From Macrostomum lignano (Eukaryota), in assembly GCA_002269645.1 (NCBI GenBank), contig NIVC01000257.1:186001-250000 (forward strand): 64,000 nt of DNA. Direction: 5' to 3'. Positions within the stretch are counted from its first letter, which is position 1. The number at the start of each line of letters is the position of its first letter. The translations under genes and the position numbers were made by a program. The notes under the pieces were generated by a model. The model made no database searches and was not told where the DNA came from. It worked only from the letters and a program-made list of their open reading frames with translations. Below are positions 12,301 to 24,600 of this stretch, piece after piece.

Positions 12301-12717
12301 CGCAACATGCGCATCAAGCCACGCGGCAAAATCTATTCAATCAACGAATCGTACGAGTCTACCTGGGACCAGGCTGTGAAGACCTACGTGCACAGCAAGA
12401 AGTACCCGGAGCCTGGCAAGCAGCTGTACGGAGCCCGCTACATCGGCAGCATGGTGGCGGACGTGCACCGGACCATCTGCTACGGTGGCATCTTCATGTA
12501 TCCGGCCACTAAGGACGCGCCGAAGGGCAAACTGCGCTTGCTGTACGAGTGCATCCCCATGGCCTTCATCATGGAGCAGGCGGGCGGTCAGGCCTCCACC
12601 GGTCGTGGCCGCATCCTGGAGATTGTGCCAACCGATATTCACCAGCGATCGCCAGTGTTCATGGGCTCCAAAGACGACGTGCAGGATGTTATCGATCTGT
12701 ACGCTAAGCTAGCTTGA
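9332..12717 (+). CDS. FBP1: Fructose-1,6-bisphosphatase class I, 335 aa; exons 9332..9498, 10344..10747, 12281..12717
   Basis: [77 protein letters not shown]; GT-AG junctions with matching phases (2, 1). Confidence 0.97.
10850..12232. repeat. 28-bp minisatellite (CCAGCCTCCCAGATCCTCAGTTGCTAGG), ~49 copies, FBP intron 2
   Basis: Directly visible tandem units. Confidence 0.95.
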
Positions 12718-13349
12718 CTGGTTGCTCATTGGAATTTACTTTATGATCCCATTGCTGAGCGGTTCACGGCTTGTAGTGTGTCCTTAGACTCATATTTAAT
12801 AATTTTCTTTTTCAGTCAAATTTTAAGCCTTAAGTGGAATCTGCTGGTTTTTTGTGTTTGCTATCTTATCAACTCTCCCGGTATCCCGATTAGCTTTTGC
12901 AGTATAGATTTTTGTGTAGCCAGCAATTTTCGGTAGATATGATTTAAAACATGCCAGCCATTATTTATATTTAATTCGATTTATGTAGTATCATTATTTA
13001 TACATCTGGTTGATTCAATCAAAATGCACAATTCAGTTAAATATATATTTACAAAAAAACTAGACATTTGTTTCAGCTTAATTTAGCTTCAAATTTACCA
13101 TTAACGACTTGATGTGCTCGTGTGTTTAAACTACTACTGAGTTGCGTTCAGTAAGTAGGATGTTTATTGTTATTGAAAATCGAGGTTTTTCGGCTCTACG
13201 ACTCATCGCCACCGGAGGGGACAGGGGCCGGTCCCCGTAGCAAAGGCTACGGGGTGAGACATGCCAATGCTTTGTTCCTCCCGCCCTACCTCGTGACCCG
13301 TTATGGACATCAGTAATTTTGCTGTGGGGTGCCAAAATATAATGTGACT

Positions 13350-13955
13350 CGGCGCCTAAATGAGTGCCTGAGGTGAAAATGGGTGCCTTTGGCGCCAAAA
13401 TGAGTGCCTGAGGTGAAAAATGGGTGCCTTTGGCGCCAAAATGAGTGCCTGAGGTGAAAAATGGGTGCCTTTGGCGCCTAAATGAGTGCCTGAGGTGAAA
13501 AATGGGTGCCTTTGGCGCCTAAATGAGTGTCTTCGGCGCCAAAATGAGTGCCTGGGGTAAAAATGAGTGTGCGGCGCCAAAATGAGTGCCTGAGGTGATA
13601 AATGAGTGTCTGCGGCGCCAAAATGAGTGCCTGAGGTGATAAATGGGTGCCTTTGGCGCCAAAATGAGTGCCTGAGGTGATAAATGAGTGTCTGCGGCGC
13701 CAAAATGAGTGCCTGAGGTGATAAATGAGTGTCTGCGGCGCCAAAATGAGTGCCTGAGGTGATAAATGGGTGCCTTTGGCGCCAAAATGAGTGCCTGAGG
13801 TGATAAATGAGTGTCTGCGGCGCCAAAATGATTGCCTGAGGTGATAAATGAGTGTCTGCGGCGCCAAAATGAGTGCCTGAGGTGATAAATGAGTGTCTGC
13901 GGCGCCAAAATGAGTGCCTGAGGTGATAAATGAGTGTCTGCGGCGCCAAAATGAG
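13350..13955. repeat. ~41-bp minisatellite (GGCGCCAAAATGAGTGCCTGAGGTGATAAATGAGTGTCTGC)
   Basis: Directly visible tandem units. Confidence 0.9.
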
Positions 13956-13964
13956 TCACTATGG

Positions 13965-14242
13965 CAGGGGTCAGCAAAATTTTTTTACCTGAAGGGCCAG
14001 ATAGAGAACCCAGCGAATGAGGAGGGGCAAAAGAGGAGAGGGAATAGAGAAGAGAGATGGGCGAAAGGAGAAGCGAGGAGACGAGAGATCAAATAGGGGA
14101 CAGGAGAGGCGAAAAGAGAGCTGAGAAGAGACACAAACTTTGAGCGGGCCGGATTGCTATTGTGAAGTTTCAAAGGACCCGAGGGGCGGATAGAGGCTTT
14201 GCGGGCCTCATGTGGCCCACGGGCCAAAGATTGCCGAGGCTG
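13965..14242. mobile_element. hAT/Charlie-like non-autonomous MITE, degenerate copy
   Basis: Ends CAGGGGTCAGCAA ... TTGCCGAGGCTG; internal ~80 bp (14115-14195) nearly identical to 58375-58455. Confidence 0.65.
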
Positions 14243-14859
14243 CATGCTCTGTGGCGCCAAAATGAGTGCTAACAACACCGATTCACAAAATGGTATAGGA
14301 ATTTAGTTATGTAGAATTCTTTCGCTTTGTCCGTCCACTATAAAATCCATGCTGTTAGAAGTACATGTAAGGAGGTGTGATGTCTGCGTTTTTTAGATGT
14401 CTATGGCTTAACCCAGCCTACGAGTAAAAGGAGAATTTGACGTCTGGTTGGGAATACACTGACTGACTCAAAGGAGCAAAAACATGCGTGTGATTTGTGA
14501 ATTTTGCACTCTCAACTGAGTCTTCAGCGTTGCTTCGCTCTTCAATCCAATAAAAATTTTTGACAAGCTTGCGTTCTCTTAACAGATTTTACAAAGAGGC
14601 TTTAGCCATAGACAACTTCAGTCGAGAAAAATCCCGTCTAGAAAAAAATCTTTTCTTCCGAAAGATTAACAGGAATTTTCCGGAACTGTTCTTTGCTGTC
14701 GGTCTCTGGTTATATTTCAGAAAAGGTAGCTCTATGAACTCAATATGCGCTCGTAGATTTGTATTTCATGCATAGGATTATGTTCCCTTACGGTAGGGAC
14801 TTCTGATCTTCTATCATCCTTAGAACACTTCCCATCCCTTCCTATCCATCTGCTTCAGC

Positions 14860-15590
14860 GCATGCACGTAGTTGGATAATCGTCGGCTGTTGTCGTCGTC
14901 GCCGTCGTCGGCTGAAGGCGCTCAGCGGCTGCTGGATGGCCTGACGGCAGCAGCATCGCGAGTCGGCCTCATGCTGAACGCGCGGAAGACGGTAGTCTTC
15001 ACGGTGCCTTTCGACCTGCCTGCCGAGATCAACTACCGAGACGCTGCCGGGGAGGCAATCATGCCTACCCGTTGCCAGCGGTTCCTGTACCTCTGCGGCC
15101 TCGTGCCGGACGTTGCCGACGACCTGGTGAGACGACGAGGACTGGTCTGGGCCGCGTTTCGTTCTGGATGATGGGCTCAAGGCTCGGCTGTTTCAGGCAG
15201 TCGTTGAGACCTGGACCATGACGGACGCTTTGGAGAGGCAGCTGGACGCTGCACATGCGGCCATGCTGCGTGCGGCGTTCGGAGTGCGCAGCGGTCCAGG
15301 CAGCGAGACCAATGCCGCGCTCTACACGAGGGCACGCCTGATGCGGCCTTCTGCTTCTGACCTACTGCGTGGGCGGCGACTTCGACTGGCTGGCCATGTC
15401 ATCCGGTCGGGGGCTCGCTGCCCTGAGCCGCTGCACGAGGTGCTGCTGCTCAAGCTGCAGTGACCGCGCAGGCGAGGCCAAGGGCGAACGGCGAGATACC
15501 CTGACAGGCTTTTGACCGATGCTGGCGCCCCGGACCAAGCTGAGGGTGACTTTCTGAGGGCTATGGCCCAGAGACGCGCTCTCTGACTTC
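14860..15590 (+). mobile_element. RTE-type non-LTR retrotransposon, 5'-truncated decayed RT C-terminal fragment
   Basis: LLSSSP..AQRLLDGL..AASRVGLMLNARKT, FLYL.GLVPD, LDAAHAAMLRAAF, LRLAGHVIR; contains stops and deletions; homologous to 52526-53150. Confidence 0.85.
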
Positions 15591-16037
15591 CCCCTTTCTA
15601 GCCACAGCGTGGCTGGTGGGTGAAACAAAAGACTTTTGTTTTTGGGTAATCATTCAGTTATATTCTTCATACATGTACATCCACCTACTTATTACTCATT
15701 GAGGTTTTAGAAAAAACAGTTTTAACGAGCAGTGTACGAGCGGGCACTGTACAGCGGGCAAATTAATAGCTATTATATTTTTAGCTCTGACTCAACACTT
15801 GGTTCCAATTTTTATTAGACGAGACAGAACGGCAGAATGCTGTGTGCGCGGACTGGCCTATTTTTAGACTGCGCGGTTGGTAAGCTCGTACTTTATTCAC
15901 GATTTTCCTGGGCTTCATGCAGTTCCATGTTTAAATTTTACGTGGGTACAGGCGCTGCAGAAAGCAAGACAGAACATATAAAGCAGAAAGCTGCAAACTA
16001 GACCTTATCATACTATAGCGTGAATAGCCGCTGAATA

Positions 16038-17364
16038 ATGCTTCTAGTGATTGCACTGCTTCTGCTTCTCCACACCTGTGGGGCAGGTAAGTTATCTGGG
16101 GGTATTTTGATTATCAGTGGAGCACGTTGATAAGTTCTACTTCTAGGTCCTTGAAAGGCCAATCTACCCTCTCTGATCCGCTGTCCATAGAGCTGCTGCT
16201 ACCCCCTCTCCGCTTCCATGGAGTTGCCGCTACCCCCTCTCCCCTTCCATAGAGTTGCTGCTACCCTCTCTCCGCTTCCATGGAGTTGCCGCTACCCTCT
16301 CTCCGCTTCCATGGAGTTGCCGCTACCCCCTCTCCCCTTCCATAGAGTTGCTGCTACCCTCTCTCCGCTTCCATGGAGTTGCCGCTACCCTCTCTCCACT
16401 TCCATAGAGTTGCCGCTACCCCTCTCTGCTTCCATTGAGTTGCCGCTACCCCCTCTCCCCTTCCATGGAGTTGCCGCTACCGTCTCTCCGCTTCCATGGA
16501 GTTGCCGCTACCCCCTCTCCGCTTCCATGGAGTTGCCGCTACCGTCTCTCCGCTTCCATGTAGTTGCCGCTACCCCCTCTCCGCTTCCATGGAGTTGCCG
16601 CTACCGTCTCTCCGCTTCCATGGAGTTGCCGCTACCCCCTCTCCCCTTCCATGGAGTTGCCGCTACCGTCTCTCCGCTTCCATGGAGTTGCTGCTACCGT
16701 CTCTCCGCTTCCACGGAGTTGCCGCTACCGTCTCTTTGCTTCCATGGAGTTGCTGCTACCCTCTCTCCGCTTCCATTGAGCTGCCGCCACTCCCAGTTCT
16801 ATGGTCATTGAACTCATCAACTTCCGCTTCCCTTCATCAGACGCCAATGCCCTACGGTCTTCATGCAGCGAGTTCCGCAAAGCCGCCGACTGTCCCTCGT
16901 CTTTGAGCTGTGGTCCCTGCCAGCACCCGGACTCGATGTGCGTTGAATGCCGAGACTGCCCGACCGAGTATGTGGGGGCCCTGCCTCAGGCCGAGCAGGA
17001 CATCATTCGCTGTCTATACGATGTGACAGGCGCCTGCAACCTGACCTGCCGGCCGGAAACTACTACACCTGTTTTAACACTCGGGTCTACTCCAAGCCCT
17101 ACTAGCACTTTTGAACAGACAAGCCCGCACCAATTCGAGGTTTCTGAGGCCCCGCAAAATCAAACAACTCCCATAATTATCTGCTTCGCTGTCCTGGGCG
17201 TATCCATCGTGTCAGCTGGTGTGGCCTTCTACCAGTTTCGGCAGCGGTTTTGTAGGAAAAAGCAACAGCGCTCGCTTCTTAATGTAGGCATCTGCACTGG
17301 TTGCGAGAGAGTCGTTGCTGGCAGCGGTGTAGCTCCAGACGGACTCTACTGCGAGTGCACATGA
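16038..17364 (+). CDS. Putative type I membrane protein with 10-Cys ectodomain (TNFR/Grindelwald-like architecture), ~190 aa; exons 16038..16086 and 16841..17364
   Basis: Exon 1 MLLVIALLLLLHTCGA G|gtaagt is a signal peptide. A polypyrimidine acceptor cttccgcttcccttcatcag| joins in frame. Then a Cys-rich domain, a T/S/P stalk, TM IIICFAVLGVSIVSAGVAFY and basic RQRFCRKK. The 3' end is uncertain. Confidence 0.65.
16175..16790. repeat. 31-bp minisatellite (TTCCATGGAGTTGCCGCTACCCTCTCTCCGC) in the intron of the membrane-protein gene
   Basis: Directly visible tandem units. Confidence 0.95.
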
Positions 17365-17419
17365 TTTTTGTTAATTAAACATATTTTTTATCTTACTGCT
17401 TTTCTCTTTGTGTTATATT

Positions 17420-17960
17420 TGAAACCCCCACCCCACTCCCTTTTGCGCGTGATTTCAAACCCCACCCCTCTCCCTCTTGTATGAGATTTCCAATCCCATT
17501 CCTCTCCCCTAGTGTGTGATTTCAAACCCCACCCCACTCCTCTCCCCCTAGTGTGTGATTTCAAACCCCACCCCACTCCTCTCCCCCTAGTGTGTGATTT
17601 CGAACCCCACCCCACTCCTCTCCCCCTAGTGTGTGATTTCAAACCCCACCCCACTCCTCTCCCCCTAGTGTGTGTTTTCAAACCCTACCCCACTCCTCTC
17701 TCCCTAGTGTGTGTTTTCAACCCCCACCTCACTTCTCTCTCCCTAGTGTGTGATTTCAACCCCCACCTCACTCCTCTCTCCCTAGTGTGTGTTTTCAACC
17801 CCCACCTCACTTCTCTCTCCCCTCTCTCCCTAGTGTGTGTTTTCAAACCCCACCCCACTTCTCTCTCCCTAATGTGTGATTTCAAACCCCACCCACCCTT
17901 TCCTCTTGTGTAAGATTTCACGTCGCCAGCCCTCTCACATCCCATTGCGCGTGATTTCAA
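17420..17960. repeat. ~39-bp minisatellite (GTGTGTGATTTCAAACCCCACCCCACTCCTCTCCCCCTA)
   Basis: Tandem units; related to 20925-21460. Confidence 0.9.
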
Positions 17961-18199
17961 ACCTCAGTGTACTACTGTGAGTAGGAAAGTAAAAATATTT
18001 TATGGATAAAGCGTATCTTTAAAAAATGTGTAGAATTAAATGCTCGTCTACATTTTAAACTCATTAAAAGCATATCTTTTCTAACAATATTTTACGCATA
18101 TTCGGACGCTTCTGTGCTTAAATCTTATGCTCTGTGAGTCCCATTAATCCACTCTAAGCAACAATAAGACAAGAGAATTACTGTTGATGGAGATAGGAA

Positions 18200-19508
18200 G
18201 GGAAGACAGGAACCCTTGAGATGAGAGTCGAGAGGGAGACAGGAACCCTTGAGATAAGAGTCGAGAGAGAGACAAGAACCCTTGAGATGAGAGTCGAGAG
18301 AGAGAGACAAGAACCCTTGAGATGAGAGTCGAGAGAGAGACAAGAACCCTTGAGATGAGAGTCGAGAGGGAGACAGGAACCCTTGAGATGAGAGTCGAAA
18401 GGGAGACAAGAACCCTTGAGATGAGAGTCGAGAGGGAGACAAGAACCTTTGAGATGAGAGTCGAGAGGGAGACAAGAACCTTTGAGATGAGAGTCGAAAG
18501 GGAGACAGGAAACCCTTGAGATGAGAGTCGAGAGGGAGACAAGAACCTTTGAGATGAGAGTCGAGAGGGAGACAGGAACCCTTGAGATGAGAGTCGAGAG
18601 GGAGACAAGAACCCTTGAGATGAGAGTCGAAAGGGAGACAGGAACCCTTGAGATGAGAGTCGAAAGGGAGACAAGAACCCTTGAGATGAGAGTCGAGAGG
18701 GAGACAAGAACCTTTGAGATGAGAGTCGAAAGGGAGACAGGAAACCCTTGAGGTGAGAATCGAGAGGGAGACAAGAACCTTTGAGATGAGAGTCGAGAGG
18801 GAGACAGGAACCCTTGAGATGAGAGTCGAGAGGGAGACAAGAACCCTTGAGATGAGAGTCGAAAGGGAGACAGGAACCCTTGAGATGAGAGTCGAAAGGG
18901 AGACAGGAACCCTTGAGATGAGAGTCGAGAGGGAGACAGGAACCCTTGAGATGAGAGTCGAAAGGGAGACAAGAACCCTTGAGATGAGAGTCGAGAGGGA
19001 GACAAGAACCCTTGAGATGAGAGTCGAAAGGGAGACAGGAACCCTTGAGATGAGAGTCGAGAGAGAGACAGGAACCCTTGAGATGAGAGTTGAAGAAGAG
19101 ACAAGAACCTTTGAGATGAGAGTCGAGAGAGAGACAAGAACCTTTGAGATGAGAGTCGAAAGGGAGACAGGAAACCCTTGAGATGAGAGTCGAGAGAGAG
19201 ACAAGAACCCTTGAGATGAGAGTTGAAGAAGAGACAAGAACCTTTGAGATGAGAGTCGAAAGGGAGACAGGAAACCCTTGAGATGAGAGTCGAGAGGGAG
19301 ACAAGAACCCTTGAGATGAGAGTTGAAGAAGAGACAAGAACCTTTGAGATGAGAGTCGAAAGGGAGACAGGAAACCCTTGAGATGAGAGTCGAGAGGGAG
19401 ACAAGAACCCTTGAGGTGAGAGTCGAGAGAGAGACAGGAACCCTTGAGATGAGAGTCGAGAGAGAGACAGGAACCCTTGAGGTGAGAGTCGAGAGAGAGA
19501 CAGGAACC
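18200..19508. repeat. 33-bp minisatellite (GAGATGAGAGTCGAGAGGGAGACAAGAACCCTT)
   Basis: Directly visible tandem units; source of spurious ORFs. Confidence 0.95.
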
Positions 19509-20924
19509 GGGATATAAGAGAATGTATGCTTCCAACTGTTGGGCTAAACAGCCGCTTACACCTAGGTCTCTCTGTATTAATACGATTACATCATAGCGTG
19601 ACTAATGATGCAATAAGTGGAATTAGCGAATCGGAAAAGTCAAATTGGCAGTCGGGTTGGCTGTGGACTCTGCACTCGGCAGCCGGTGAAGCGGTTAAAG
19701 CCGTTTGAATGACTAAATAAGTAAGCAGGAAGCCAGTTCGCATGGTAGCTGGGCAACTCAATGCTTAACAGACCGAGACGCGGAGAGAGCTGGCTGAGCA
19801 AATCCCGAGCTCACTGATCCTTCTATTCGAGCTGCCGGAGGAGCGCCTCATTTCGACTGACCTCACTGCAGCTGATACCGGTAGCAACTTGAATGCTGCG
19901 GTTGCTGTGGGATCTAATCCTCGTATATCCCTATAAGACATCCGCATTGGACAGACCGGCTTTGCGGGATCCTTAGCAAACACACTATTGCTTGCATATG
20001 CAGTGATTAATCAAATCCTTTTTGCCCGAGAATTTGCTATGCCTAGTGGCATCGTATCGTGGCACGGACCTCCCACGCTTCATGTTTTGCTACTCTACAC
20101 TTATATCAGTCTCCAAAGATTCCAATGCTCAAACGGGGTTGCTGAGATGTCAATGCTCAAAGGGAATTACTTGTTCCTGTGCGAAGGTTCTTGGTTGGTT
20201 AATCGGTCTGCTGAAAAAATACATGCACTCAACAGAGCATTTTTCGTAATAAATATTTATCTGTAAGATTCCTCGTGCGCCTGCGGTGCTCCATTTGAAG
20301 GCAACGAGAAATTGTCAAGAGTATTTCTTGGTATTTCTACAGCTTGGAGTAGCTCGTATTAAAAAAACTCGATTTGAAAAAACAACAATTTCGCTTCGCA
20401 GACGGAACGAGCGGTAGTACAATGCATGCACTTGGTAACCAATCAGTGAGTAGTAATGTGACGTACATTGAGAGAAGGAAAACATTGGATTAACTAATAC
20501 TTGTAATTACTTTCAGGCAAGCACGACATAGTGATTTGTGTTGGGAGCTGGGACAATAAGTGAGCAATTCTCTTTAGATAAAATTCGCACTGCTCCTAGA
20601 ATCATGGCCTATCATAAATTCGAAAGAGAATCAAGCAAAACATTGCTGATATCAATCAGGCAGAGAGGTTTTCGGTTGAAGTAATGCACTAACAGTTCAA
20701 AATGAAAGCAATAGAATGCTTTAACTATCCGGATTGAAATTTGTAAGCACAACCTTTGGCAGCGCAACCAAAATCATCATAAACTTGGAATTCTTTCAGA
20801 CCTACTTGACCCCTTACCTTTATCGATCATCTGGTGTGACTTGAACCAGCAAACCCTGGCTACAGCTATTTTATGTCCGCCACCTCTCTCGGTGCGTAAA
20901 TTCGTAAATTTCGAACATCCACCC

Positions 20925-21460
20925 TTCCCCTTGCGCGTGATTTCTACCTCTACCGGCCCCGACCACTCTCCCCATTGGGCGTGATTTCTACCCCCGGCCC
21001 CGACCCCTCTCCCCCTTGGGCGTGATTTCTACCCCCGGCCCCGACCCCTCTCCCCCTTGGGCGTGATTTCTACCTCCCCCCGGCCCGACCCCTTTCCCCC
21101 TTGTACATGATTTCTACCCCCGGCCCCGACCCCTCTCCCCCTTGGGCATGATTTCTACCCCCGGCCCCGACCCCTCTTCCCCCTGGGCGTGATTTCTACC
21201 TCCCAAGCCCTATACTCGTACCCCTTGTGCGTGAGATCAACTCCCACCCTTCCCCCTTGTGCTGAATTTCAAACCCCCACCCCTCTCTAATTGTGCCCAA
21301 TTTCAAACTCTCGCCCCGACCACTTTTCACTTGTGCGTGATTTTAAACCCCTACCCCTCTTCCATTGTGCGTAATTTCTACCCCTGAACCCGGCCCTTGT
21401 GTGCGTGATTTGATTCAACCCCCTCCCTCTCTTACTTTTGCGCATTATTTCAAATCCACC
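20925..21460. repeat. ~40-bp degenerate minisatellite (GCGTGATTTCTACCCCCGGCCCCGACCCCTCTCCCCCTTGG)
   Basis: Tandem units sharing the GTGATTTC.A.CCC core with 17420-17960. Confidence 0.85.
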
Positions 21461-21640
21461 ACAGCCACTGAGGCTGTTCATAGATTTTTTATGTCACGAT
21501 TTTTAACCCCCAGCTGTTAAAATAGTTTATAAATTGCCAGTGAAATGCTCGCTTTGCAACAAAAGCCCTTGCTAAGCTCACTTAACAGATAGCAATACAA
21601 TATGCTCTTGAAGTTAAAATCTAATGACAGGTATAGAAAC

Positions 21641-24600
21641 TCAGCTGGGTACAAATTTCTCGAAGCGATTTTTCAGTTCCGTCACGACAGCTTCCTGTTG
21701 AACAAAGTCCAGAATGAACGGCGCGTTCATTAAAATGGCAATGGTTCCTATAACTGTCACTGTGCTGAAAATGACCAATTGAATTCTGTCAATGACCGAG
21801 GCCACGTATTTCCAGTCTTGGAGAACCTGAAACGAAAAGATTGAATAAGGTGAAAAGTTGAAGCAGATAATTTCTTATGGGACGCTGCTTATGGGAGAAA
21901 ATCGACACGCTAAAAACAGACAGGGGTCAACTTTCTCCGTTAACCACTTTTCTCTCTCCTTTCTTGCCTTCTTCACTCGTCATCTGCAGCAAAGTAGGCT
22001 GTTTTCAATTGCAGGAGGGCTGCGAATTTCACCTAGTAGTTTCCCCTCAAGTTTTCTCTCTCCTTGCATTCTGCCTTGGGTCAGACACGCTCGCGACACA
22101 CTAGACAGCACGAGATGGATGCTTATCGAGTGGCACAAGAAGTTTTAGCGTAGCCTCAGCCTCCCCTAAGCCGGGCCCAACTGGCTTCATCAATACATGA
22201 CCAAGAGTAGCTGACGTCTCCCCTCCCATCCTATACTATTCAGTCTCCGTGAGTATGCTAGCCCAGTCTGCCGTATATATTACTGAGCCCGGCTTTCATA
22301 TTTAATCAGGTCTTCGCGACTGGACTTTCATCTGCCGGCATGCGCGGGAGCGGTGGGTGGCGGAGGGTCAATGTGGCATCGATTTCTGCAGGAACTCGCT
22401 TGAAATGCTTGGCTGTAGCATCACCCAGAGACTACACCCTCACCTTAAATAAATTCTCATGCAAAACGATCGACAGTGCTGTTAAAGGAGCGCTAATTAG
22501 TGACTGGACTGCGACCCAGTCTCTTGTGTGAGTTAGGCTTACGCTTCCAACACACTGCACTCCAGACAGATGGTGCAGTGTGTCATTTAATTTGGCAGTA
22601 AGCACCAGCCGATATAATTTTTTACGCCTGGCTCATCAATCAGACACACCTGAATCACTCATAGGACACACCTGGCTCACCAATCAGACACACCTGAACC
22701 TGGCTCACCAATCAGACACACCTGAACCTGGCTCACCAATCAGACACACCTGAACCTGGCTCACCAATCAGACACACCTGAACCTGGCTCACCAATCAGA
22801 CACACCTGAATCACCAATAGGACACATCTGGCCCACCAATCAGACACACCTGAATCACCAATAGGACACACCTGAATCACCCATAGGACACACCTGGCTC
22901 ACCAATCAGACACACCTGAATCACCCATAGGACACACCTGGTTCACCAATCAGACACACCTGAATCACCCATAGGACACACCTGGCTCACCAATCAGACA
23001 CACCTGAATCACCCATAGGACACACCTGGCTCACCAATCAGACACACCTGAATCACCCATATGACACACCTGGCTCACCAATCAGACACACCTGAATCAC
23101 CCATATGACACACCTGAATCACCCATAGGACACACCTGAATCACCCATATGACACACCTGAATCACCCATAGGACACACCTGAATCACCCATAGGACACA
23201 CCTGGCTCACCAATCAGACACACCTGAATCACCCATATGACACACCTGAATCACCCATAGGACACACCTGAATCACCCATATGACACACCTGAATCACCC
23301 ATAGGACACACCTGAATCACCCATAGGACACACCTGGCTCACCAATCAGACACACCTGAATCACCCATAGGACACACCTGGCTCACCAATCAGACACACC
23401 TGAATCACCCATATGACACACCTGAATCACCCATAGGACACACCTGAATCACCCATAGGACACACCTGGCTCACCAATCAGACACACCTGAATCACCCAT
23501 AGGACACACCTGGCTCACCAATCAGACACACCTGAATCACCCATAGGACACACCTGGCTCACCAATCAGACACACCTGAATCACCCATAGGACACACCTG
23601 GCTCACCAATCAGACACACCTGAATCACCCATATGACACACCTGGCTCACCAATCAGACACACCTGAATCACCCATAGGACACACCTGGCTCACCAATCA
23701 GACACACCTGAATCACCCATATGACACACCTGGCTCACCAATCAGACACACCTGAATCACCCATAGGACACACCTGGCTCACCAATCAGACACACCTGAA
23801 TCACCCATATGACACACCTGGCTCACCAATCAGACACACCTGAATCACCCAGAGGACACAACTGGCTCACCAATCAGACACACCTGAATCACCAATGGGA
23901 CACATCTGGCTCACCAAAATGCACACCGAGTCATTTTCTTATCCGCATCTTACCCGCATGTACTCGTCCTCAATACGCAGATGCGTCGCTATGAGGTTAA
24001 TGGCGGCCACCGACTTTTGCAGCTCCGGTGTGACCCGCAATCCTCGGAGGCCTCGAGGCGGCTGCTCAGGTTGCTGCTGGGGCTGCTGCTGATCGTAGAG
24101 GCCGCCAGAACTATCGAATCCAGCGTCGAAAGACGACGAAGGCATGGCGCCGATGTGCTGAGCCTGTCGCTGCCGATCAGCTCCAAGGTCGGCGGTGTCG
24201 CCGCCGCCGCCATTGCACTTGTCGGCATCGGTCATGCGGTCCATTCGCCACTTGTCCGCCTCCTCCTGGTCGATGTGCTCCGGTCGTTTCATAAGCAAAA
24301 CTTGGGGCAGGTATTTGAGGAACACCAGGCGGACCCAGTTCGGCATCTTGTGCGTCCTCGGCGTCCGGAAGTTCCAGTTGATGATGATCACGGTGAACAC
24401 AATGGTGATAGTATTCATGATGAATGTGAACAGCAAGAACTTTGAGATCAGCGGTATTGAGATTGAAGTTGGCGGCAGAATCTTGCTGACTAGCAGGAGG
24501 AACACAACCAGAGCCAGCAGAATCGAGATGCAGAGCGTCATCTTTTCTCCAGCATCCGCTGGCAGATAGAAAACGCACACGCTGAGCAGGGAGATGAGAA

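Noticed and set aside
18125-19535. 370-463 aa ORFs
   Set aside because: 33-bp tandem repeat artefact
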